DNA of 32,000 nucleotides from Gemmata obscuriglobus (GTDB lineage: Bacteria; Planctomycetota; Planctomycetia; Gemmatales; Gemmataceae): NCBI RefSeq assembly GCF_008065095.1, contig NZ_CP042911.1, forward strand, positions 2,040,001 to 2,072,000, written 5' to 3'. The position numbers were made by a program, and so were the translations under genes. Below the pieces are notes generated by a model that had not been told where the DNA came from, did no database searches, and saw only the letters and a list, made by a program, of their open reading frames with translations. Shown here in pieces: positions 26,031 through 32,000 of the stretch. Numbering within the stretch: the first letter of the stretch is position 1; every line of letters starts with the position of its first letter.

Positions 26031-27071
26031 ATGCCCGCCCCATCGCCCGCACCCGATGACGAGCCCGCGAAGCCGTCTCCTCCGCCGTGGCGCGAGTTCG
26101 CGCGGTCGCCGCTCGTGCCGTTCGCGCTGGCGGCGTCGGCGGGGTTGCTCGCGGACCGTTACATCGGCGTGCCGCTCGGGGCCGCGTTGGTGGTCGCGGC
26201 GGTCGCGCTCGTGGGGTGGTGCTTCACCCGCCGCGCGACGCCGCAAACGGCCCTCGGGTGGCTGCTCGTGTCTACCGCCACCCTGGCCGCCGCACATCAC
26301 CACGCGCACCGGCACACGTTCGCCCCCGACGACGTTTCGACACTGGCGAAGGCCGCGCCGGAAGTCGTCCGCGTGCGGGGCACGCTGGCCGAGGAGCCGG
26401 ACCGGTTCCGGCCGCCGCGGTTCGACCCGCTGCTGACCATGCAGCGCGAGGCGACTAGCACGACGGTTCTGGAGATCAGCGAAGTAGACGGCGCCACCGG
26501 CTGGCGTTCGGCATCCGGGCGCGTGCGGTTGTCGGTGGAAGGGCGGCTCGACGACTTGCACTGCGGCGACGCGGTTCAGGTCGTCGGTCGGCTGTCGCTC
26601 CCCGAAGGGCCGGCCAACCCGGGCGAGCGCGACTACCGCGGGTCACTCCTCGACAAGCGGATCACTGCGGACCTGCGGGTGAAGCGCTCGGCGGACTCGG
26701 TGGTGCGGATCGAGGAGGGCTGGCGGGCGTCGCTGTTCGGGTGGCTGGCGGTGCTGCGCGGGTGGGGCACGCGGGCGCTCGCGCAGGCGCTTCCCAAGGA
26801 CGAAGCGGGACTCGCGACGGCCCTGCTGCTGGGCGACAGCACCGCGCTGGACCGCGAGGAGTGGGACGCCTACGTTCGCACCGGGGTGATTCACGTCCTG
26901 GCGATCTCGGGCCAGCACCTGGTCATTCTGGGGGCGTTCGCGTGGGCCGTGCTCCGGCTGTGCGGGTTCCGCAACCGCTACTCGGCGTGGGCGGTGGCGC
27001 TGCTGCTGCTCGGCTACGCGCTGCTCACCGGGGCGCGACCGTCGGCGATGCGAGCGGCCGTGATGGAGTAG
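26031..27071 (+). pseudogene. comEC: comEC/rec2 DNA internalisation channel gene, 5' fragment only, truncated by element insertion
   Basis: The N-terminal TM helices plus an OB-like DUF4131 region (VRVRGTLAEEPD..RVRLSVEG..GDAVQVVGRL) are followed by the start of the competence domain (LLLGDSTALDREEWDAYVRTGVIHVLAISGQHL..LLTGARPSAMRAAVM). A stop then follows immediately at 27069-27071. Full-length ComEC proteins continue for several hundred more residues. Confidence 0.8.
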
Positions 27072-27133
27072 ACACTTATGGTTGTGTTTGCTATTATAAC
27101 TCCGGTACGAAAGTTTGCCCGGAGTGACCCGCC

Positions 27134-28837
27134 ATGAACACCCCGAATCCCGTCGCCTTCTCCTACATTCGCTTTTCACAGGCGTCACAGGCGAAGGGCG
27201 ACAGCGTGCGGCGGCAAACCGAACTGGCCGAACTCGGGGCGAAACAACTCGGCGTAAAGCTGGACCCGTCCACGTTCCAAGACCTCGGCGTTTCGGGATT
27301 CACCGGCGAACACCGGAACAACCCCGACCGGCACGGGCTGGCGATGTTCCTTCTGGCGCTGGAAAAGGGGAAGGTGAAGCGGGGCGATTACCTGCTTGTT
27401 GAGAACTTGGACCGACTTTCCCGTGAACACGTCATGAAGGCGCTTGGCCTTCTGCTGAACCTTGTGAACGCCGGTGTCCGGGTGGTGCAACTCTCCCCGT
27501 CCCTCATGGTCTTTGACGAGAACTCGCAGCCGATGGCGCTGATGATGGCGGTCATGGAACTGAGCCGGGGGAACAGCGAAAGTGCGATGAAGGCCGAGCG
27601 GTGTGGGAAGGCGTGGCGTGAGAAGAAGAAGGAAGCTCGGGAGGAGGGAACGCCAACAACCGCTATGCTCCCGGCTTGGCTGGAGTTGTACGGCGGGAAG
27701 ATCGTGACGAAGCCCGACGCAGCGAAAGCCGTGAAGCGGGTGTACGAACTGTGTGTTGCGGGTTACGGGCATCTCGGCATCTGCAAGAAGCTGGCGGAAG
27801 AGGGACACGCACCCATTGGCAAATCGGGCCAGTGGGTGCGGTCTTACGTCGCACACCTCCTGACGTGTCGGCAAGTGCTGGGGGAGTATCAGCCCATCGT
27901 GAAGAAGACCCGGAAGCCCGACGGCAACCCGATTCCGAACTACTACCCGGCGGTTGTGACCGAAGAACTTTACCACCAAGCGCAGCACGCCAAGAGCCTT
28001 CGGGACGGCACCACGGGCCGACCACCGACCCGCACAAACTTTAACTACTTCACGGGGCTGATGTGCCGGGCCGGTAACCCCGAAGACAAATATTTCACGC
28101 AGACCTGTGTTGAGACGAAGAAGAACCGGCGACAGGTGAACTACCAGAGCCAGAAGGCGAACCAGGGCGTTGCGGCTGCGTCCTGCTTCCCCCAAGACGT
28201 TCTTGACCGGGCGTTCTTCAAACACTTCCGCATCCTACAGCCCAAAGACGTTCTCGGCGAAGACACCACGTCGGAAGAGCTATCGGCCGTCACCGGAGAG
28301 CTAGAAGCGGTTCAAACGAAGCTGGCCGAACTGACTGCCGAGATGGAAACTGGCGAAGTGAAGCGGCTCGTTCCTCTGCTACGGAAGTGGGAAGAGAAGG
28401 CGGAAGCACTCACGACGAAACAGAACGCCTTGCGGCAGAAGGCGGCGCACCCGAAGGCCGAAGCGTTCGGCGAGACGCAACACTTACTTGGCGGGTTGCT
28501 CTGGGACGCCAAGCCGAAGAAGGGCGAACCCGACAACTCCGACGAGATGAAGCACCGGTTGCGGGCGTGTCTGAGGCGGGTGATTGATCGGATGCACTGC
28601 ACGTTCGGCGGGACACGGAACCGGCGGCGGGCAATCGTTCAGATCACCTACCACGACAGCACGACCGTTAACGTGTTGCTGGTTGACTTCTGGCCGCAAC
28701 GGGCGCACGGTACCGCCGGGGGCGGAAAAAAGGTGTTCAGTGAGGCGAAGACGGTAAGCACCTGGGGGACGCTGGATCGGGTGATTGATGAGGAAGAGGC
28801 CAACGGGCTGTTTGAGAAGACCTTCAAAGGGGAGTGA
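27134..28837 (+). CDS. large serine recombinase (serine integrase)
   Basis: The resolvase-type catalytic domain shows VAFSYIRFSQASQAKGDSVRRQ (nucleophile Ser in YIRFS) and GDYLLVENLDRLSR. A recombinase domain follows (GHLGICKKLAEEGHAPIGKSGQWVRSYVAHLLTCRQVLGEY). The C-terminal coiled coil is ELEAVQTKLAELTAEMETGEVKRL..EEKAEALTTKQNALRQK. 567 aa. Confidence 0.92.
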   Translation: MNTPNPVAFSYIRFSQASQAKGDSVRRQTELAELGAKQLGVKLDPSTFQDLGVSGFTGEHRNNPDRHGLAMFLLALEKGKVKRGDYLLVENLDRLSREHVMKALGLLLNLVNAGVRVVQLSPSLMVFDENSQPMALMMAVMELSRGNSESAMKAERCGKAWREKKKEAREEGTPTTAMLPAWLELYGGKIVTKPDAAKAVKRVYELCVAGYGHLGICKKLAEEGHAPIGKSGQWVRSYVAHLLTCRQVLGEYQPIVKKTRKPDGNPIPNYYPAVVTEELYHQAQHAKSLRDGTTGRPPTRTNFNYFTGLMCRAGNPEDKYFTQTCVETKKNRRQVNYQSQKANQGVAAASCFPQDVLDRAFFKHFRILQPKDVLGEDTTSEELSAVTGELEAVQTKLAELTAEMETGEVKRLVPLLRKWEEKAEALTTKQNALRQKAAHPKAEAFGETQHLLGGLLWDAKPKKGEPDNSDEMKHRLRACLRRVIDRMHCTFGGTRNRRRAIVQITYHDSTTVNVLLVDFWPQRAHGTAGGGKKVFSEAKTVSTWGTLDRVIDEEEANGLFEKTFKGE

Positions 28838-28841
28838 CCAA

Positions 28842-29048
28842 ATGGAAGAGTTGTGGGCCGAGTGCGAACGCCAGCAGTGGCGAAACGGGGAGAACGTTCA
28901 ACGTCTGGTTGTTGCCCTGGAACACGCCGGGCAACACGAACGAGCGGCAACGGTACAACGCCACTACACTGAAGCAAACATAAATATAATCCAGCGAATG
29001 TGCAGCCGGTGGGGGCATCCGGCTACTGAGGAACCGTCGTCTAGCTGA
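28842..29048 (+). CDS. hypothetical 68-aa protein immediately downstream of the recombinase
   Basis: The ATG lies 5 nt after the recombinase stop and is preceded by AAAGGGGAG. Composition is protein-like. I recognise no family. Confidence 0.4.
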   Translation: MEELWAECERQQWRNGENVQRLVVALEHAGQHERAATVQRHYTEANINIIQRMCSRWGHPATEEPSSS

Positions 29049-29083
29049 ATGCTAACCGTGTTGTGTCGCTATGGTAAGGGTCA

Positions 29084-29299
29084 TTACTCGTCCTCTTCGG
29101 CTTCCGCATCTGACGCCTCAAGCTCGTCACGGATCATTTCGAGAGCGTCAATCATCTCTTGGGCGACGGCCGGATCAAAGAAGGACAATTTGACTTGCAA
29201 CCGATGCTTGGCTGCCGGATCAAACACCGAGAACAAAAGAACTCGGTTGCCGTCGTGCGTAATGCCGTCGGTGGCCAAAATCATTGCGTCTAGCGTCAT
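29084..29299 (-). CDS. hypothetical 71-aa protein with an acidic tail
   Basis: ORF ending ..DELEASDAEAEEDE. Convergent with the recombinase operon. No recognisable family. Confidence 0.45.
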   Translation of the reverse strand: MTLDAMILATDGITHDGNRVLLFSVFDPAAKHRLQVKLSFFDPAVAQEMIDALEMIRDELEASDAEAEEDE

Positions 29300-29330
29300 G
29301 TGGCGTCACTCACGATGTGTCATTATGGAT

Positions 29331-29358
29331 GCCCCGCCAAAAGCGGGGCGTTTCTGTT
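29331..29358 (+). terminator. intrinsic-terminator-like hairpin, plus-strand orientation
   Basis: gccccgc-caaaa-gcggggc followed by gtttctgtt. A U-rich tail is present only when read on the plus strand. It lies between two minus-strand ORFs. Confidence 0.45.
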
Positions 29359-29671
29359 ATGCTGCTGCTAACCGTGTCACACTCAGGGCCGGTAGCAAGG
29401 CTAGGTAAGTCTCTGTCGTTTCCTCTGCCCACTTCTTCGCATCCGTCATCGTCTTGAACCCGAGGCGTTCCAGTCTCACCCACGGGCTAGGCTTCGTGTC
29501 CTCTGGGTCAAAGTCCTTCCACTGGAAGGTTACCTTGTGCGGCCCACCCGTCTGTTTCAGGATGGTGACCTTTACCCCGCACTCGTCTTCACCGTTGGGC
29601 GGGAGCAGGGCGAAGACATGATCACGCCCCATTCCGTCCTTCTGCCAGTTCAGTTTCATGTTGCCCATCAC
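29357..29671 (-). CDS. hypothetical 104-aa protein
   Basis: ORF with GTG/ATG starts at 29671/29668 and a protein-like sequence (KVTILKQTGGPHKVTFQWKDFDPEDTKPSPWVRLERLGF). No recognisable family. Confidence 0.5.
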   Translation of the reverse strand: MMGNMKLNWQKDGMGRDHVFALLPPNGEDECGVKVTILKQTGGPHKVTFQWKDFDPEDTKPSPWVRLERLGFKTMTDAKKWAEETTETYLALLPALSVTRLAAA

Positions 29672-29687
29672 GATGCGTCACGTTTGA

Positions 29688-29807
29688 CTAAAAATCTGCA
29701 TCGTATGATTGAATGGCCCGCATGTGCCCGTCGTTGTTAACCTCTTTGAGTTGACAGGAGCGGTCAGCCTTGCCCACCCGCTTTACGATTGCTTTCACAG
29801 TTGCCAT
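29688..29807 (-). CDS. possible 39-aa ORF
   Basis: MATVKAIVKRVGKADRSCQLKEVNNDGHMRAIQSYDADF, with GGGAG 7 nt upstream of the ATG. The longer 72-aa version in the ORF track has an implausible N-terminus. Confidence 0.25.
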   Translation of the reverse strand: MATVKAIVKRVGKADRSCQLKEVNNDGHMRAIQSYDADF

Positions 29808-30169
29808 GTTGCGAACTCCCACCGTTCGCCGAAAACGAAAAAACGGCGAACTCTCCGGTTGGAAAGCCGCCGCAGTGGGATGCGGAGGAGTGTGCAACAC
29901 GCACACTTACCGATATGGGTTACCGCTTCATGCGGGCCATCGGGTGACAGAACTTGGAACCCGACCGGGTTCTACCCTGACCGAAGCCAGTGAACCGGGC
30001 GTCTGTCGTCGTCTACCACTTGTCGCAGTGGGCGGGCGGCCAGATAAGCTGCGTTAGGCTGGTCGGGAGCAGCTTACCAAGACAACTTTGGTATCCGCAA
30101 CCCCAAAACGAGAAAAATCGCCAAGACCCGCAACAGCAGGCAGCCAACAGTATTGGGATGAAAGTACGC

Positions 30170-30727
30170 CTACTTGAAGCGGTCTGCCGGGTGCGTCTCC
30201 GACATCAGCCAATCTGCCGACGCATCGCCCTCATCCCTTCGCTCCGCAGCCAGTGCCCACGGCATGTCCGGTGGAACGGAGAAGACGAACTTGGCTCGTG
30301 CTGCGGCGACTTCTGAAATCACCTTGTCCGGGCTGGTGAGCGGGACGTATCCGGCTCTCCCCCACAGTTCCACTGTGAAGCAGTCGGGCGGAATGACGCC
30401 GTGAAAGAACGACCACCACTTAGCCTGTCCTGCCGGGTTCAGACCGTTACGAATCGTCTTGGCCGGAACGCCCAGTCGCTTCCAGGCGGCCAGTGCGGGT
30501 TCAAGCCGCACGTCGCCGTCCGGGATGCGGCAGGCGTAGCGGACGGCGGTCTTTACGGGCAACCTCGTTGACCAACAGAGGAGCGTGTCAGGATCGGTCT
30601 GGGTTGTTAGGCTGACGGCCGTTAACGTCTGTTTCAGGTCGTGGGTGGCAATCTCGCCCTTGCTCAACCCCTCCGACCAAATCGGGGGGAGGTGGACGAG
30701 AGGGGAATAATGAAAGAGAACCGGCAT
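30170..30727 (-). CDS. hypothetical 185-aa protein, orphan
   Basis: ATG at 30727 with AGGTG 5 nt upstream. Globular-looking sequence with no low complexity. I cannot assign a family with confidence. Confidence 0.65.
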   Translation of the reverse strand: MPVLFHYSPLVHLPPIWSEGLSKGEIATHDLKQTLTAVSLTTQTDPDTLLCWSTRLPVKTAVRYACRIPDGDVRLEPALAAWKRLGVPAKTIRNGLNPAGQAKWWSFFHGVIPPDCFTVELWGRAGYVPLTSPDKVISEVAAARAKFVFSVPPDMPWALAAERRDEGDASADWLMSETHPADRFK

Positions 30728-30787
30728 GGTTTCACCTGCGGCGAGGATAGAGCATCGAAGATTTGCAGACTACTGGACAGGGCCGGA

Positions 30788-30900
30788 CTAACTAATATAA
30801 ATACGATTTAATTGATTAAACTTACTGCAACCAAAAGTAAATTATGTTAGTGTGTAATAAAATCTATTCACACATTCGTTATCATGATCGTGATTATTGT
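30788..30900 (-). promoter_or_regulatory. AT-rich segment, about 25% G+C by hand count, upstream of the 185-aa gene; candidate promoter/operator region
   Basis: On the minus strand, TTGGTT (reverse complement of 30829-30834), a 17-nt spacer and TTAAAT (reverse complement of 30806-30811) resemble a sigma-70 promoter. The near-palindromic tatcatgatcgtgatta carries a GATC site. Confidence 0.35.
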
Positions 30901-31073
30901 TCCGCAGTCTCTTGTTTCGCCCGTTCCCGGCCCTTGCCCAAAGAAGCCCGGCATCCGTGCCATCGGGACGCTGGGACAGCGAGCTTAAGTCCGAGTTCGA
31001 TGCCGCCGATGCCGGAGCAGAGGGACAGAACGTTGAAGGAAGATGCAGCCACATACATGTTGGCCCCGGTTGG

Positions 31074-31868
31074 TTATTGAATGTGCGGCGTAATCAGCAC
31101 CTCTTTGTAGAACCGAGTCGGCCCACCCAGCCCACGCCCGAACACAATTGTCTGGATGCGGCAGGTCTTGTAACGGTTCCAGATGGCCGGATGGTCGTCG
31201 TAGGACATTAGCCACGGTGACTGCCGGGCCAACACGATGTCCCGAAGCATCAGATGGTCAAGTTGGGTAAAGCCGTGTGCGTAATACTTGCGCCGAGCGG
31301 CTCCGACGTACGGTGGATCACAATACAGCACGCTGTCGTCGTCTTTGAGCACCTGCCGGAAGTCCAAGTTGGTGATCTTGGCGTCTCTGAGGAGCCGGTG
31401 GGCGTTACGGTACTGCTGCTCTTTCGTGTGCAGTTTCGCTCGTGAGCCGCAGCGGGGGTTAAACGACACGCCCTTCTGCCCGTACGACCAGGCGTGGAGG
31501 GCGCACAAGCGCCAGCCGAGTTCCTTCAGGTCGGCCACGGTTCCGTTGGCGATGGACTGGTGGTACTCCTCCCACTTGTCCCGCTCGCAGTGCTCACCGT
31601 ACAACTTGTCGATCAGGAACTCGTGGTCGTCCCGAATGGTCTTCCAGAAGGCGTAAACCGGACGGTATACGTCGTTCAACCAGACGTCCGCCCACGGCAG
31701 GCGGTCCAGCAAGGTCAGGGCCACGGCCGCACCCCCGGCGAACGGCTCGGTGTACGAAACACCTGGCCGCATGTGCTGGGTGAGCAGGTGCAGGAAGCGG
31801 TGGACGATCCGGCGCTTGCCACCGAGCCACGGGAGCGGGTAGATGAAGTTGCTCTTGTTCTTCGGCAC
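31074..31868 (-). CDS. DNA N6-adenine methyltransferase, Dam/D12 class
   Basis: YPLPWLGGKRR, the SAM motif YTEPFAGGAAV and the catalytic motif LYCDPPY. GTG start with GAGGCG upstream. Confidence 0.9.
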   Translation of the reverse strand: MPKNKSNFIYPLPWLGGKRRIVHRFLHLLTQHMRPGVSYTEPFAGGAAVALTLLDRLPWADVWLNDVYRPVYAFWKTIRDDHEFLIDKLYGEHCERDKWEEYHQSIANGTVADLKELGWRLCALHAWSYGQKGVSFNPRCGSRAKLHTKEQQYRNAHRLLRDAKITNLDFRQVLKDDDSVLYCDPPYVGAARRKYYAHGFTQLDHLMLRDIVLARQSPWLMSYDDHPAIWNRYKTCRIQTIVFGRGLGGPTRFYKEVLITPHIQ

Positions 31869-31939
31869 GGTGACGCCTCGTGAGACGGAACACCCGGCGG
31901 TAGCTTTTCCGCCGAGTGGAAATCGAAACTGAAAGTGCG

Positions 31940-32000
31940 TTAGCCCTGGGGAATGATGACGATGATGTCGTTGCCGAGCTTGATCGGGACCGTTTGGTTT
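31940..32000 (-). CDS. 3' end of an unidentified gene running out of the window
   Basis: The minus-strand frame reads ..NQTVPIKLGNDIIVIIPQG, then TAA (31940-31942). Only 19 codons are visible. Confidence 0.3.
   Translation of the reverse strand, partial: NQTVPIKLGNDIIVIIPQG

Larger units (their letters stand above)
27069..32000. mobile_element. left part of an integrated element (prophage or integrative island) carrying a large serine recombinase; the right end lies outside the window
   Basis: There is an abrupt composition change at 27069 from GC-rich comEC to AT-richer sequence. The recombinase gene is adjacent to the junction. Downstream are orphan small genes and a Dam-type methyltransferase, and overall G+C is lower than in 1-20 kb. 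Confidence 0.7.

Noticed and set aside
25743-26561. ORFs at 25813-26052 (-), 25818-26561 (-) and 25844-26059 (+), upstream of and overlapping comEC.
   Set aside because: The translations are Arg-rich junk, overlap or oppose the comEC frame, and have no motifs. The stretch 25743-26030 is better treated as an intergenic promoter region for the divergent small membrane-protein gene and comEC.
29051-29377. The 11-mer gctaaccgtgt occurs twice (29051-29061 and 29367-29377) near the 3' ends of two minus-strand ORFs.
   Set aside because: In a 32-kb window roughly a hundred identical 11-mer pairs are expected by chance. There is no extended similarity around them.
30170-30727. The 185-aa protein considered as the restriction endonuclease partner of the Dam-type methyltransferase.
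   Set aside because: I could not find a PD-(D/E)XK, HNH or GIY-YIG signature. The two genes are separated by a 346-bp spacer with what looks like its own promoter. This remains untested rather than excluded.
30842-31211. ORFs of 70-104 aa in the spacer between the methyltransferase and the 185-aa gene: 30842-31054 (-), 30844-31080 (+) and 30897-31211 (+).
   Set aside because: Their sequences are low-complexity or Cys/His-scattered without motifs. One overlaps the well-supported methyltransferase gene by more than 130 nt on the opposite strand. None has a convincing RBS.

Overview
This is a high-GC bacterial chromosome segment, roughly 65-70% G+C by eye. The gene content looks planctomycete, probably Gemmata-like. 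That call is an inference from three things: a PVC-type dehydrogenase/HEAT/CxxCH protein, an ECF sigma factor paired with a Ser/Thr kinase, and REP-like repeats that translate to PLPSGRGWGWV.

Positions 1-20.1 kb are ordinary core genes:
- a secretin-N-like protein
- kynA
- a divergent isocitrate/isopropylmalate-dehydrogenase-family protein
- an MgtC-family protein
- two paralogous GT2-like glycosyltransferases
- ggt
- the PVC heme protein
- a PhyH-family dioxygenase
- two hypothetical proteins
- a minus-strand run aroB > GT87/DUF2029 membrane glycosyltransferase > inositol-3-phosphate synthase
- a SulP transporter fused to a beta-carbonic anhydrase

Positions 20.1-26 kb are an accessory islet. 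It holds a small secreted protein divergent from an ECF sigma factor, a TPR Ser/Thr kinase with an atypical catalytic loop, and a Cys-rich protein of unknown function. It also holds a complete 1068-bp DDE insertion sequence with a 5-bp target duplication, inserted into the 3' end of a low-GC gene for a small 3-TM protein.

The most interesting locus starts at 26 kb. A comEC gene stops abruptly at 27071 inside its conserved channel domain, exactly at a base-composition break. A large serine recombinase gene starts 63 bp later. It is followed by orphan small genes, a 185-aa orphan protein, a ~25% G+C spacer and a Dam-type methyltransferase. I read this as the left junction of an integrated recombinase-borne element, possibly a prophage, that splits comEC. 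Its right end lies beyond the window.

I found no rRNA gene, intact tRNA gene or CRISPR array. All functional calls rest on motif recognition by eye; no searches were run.
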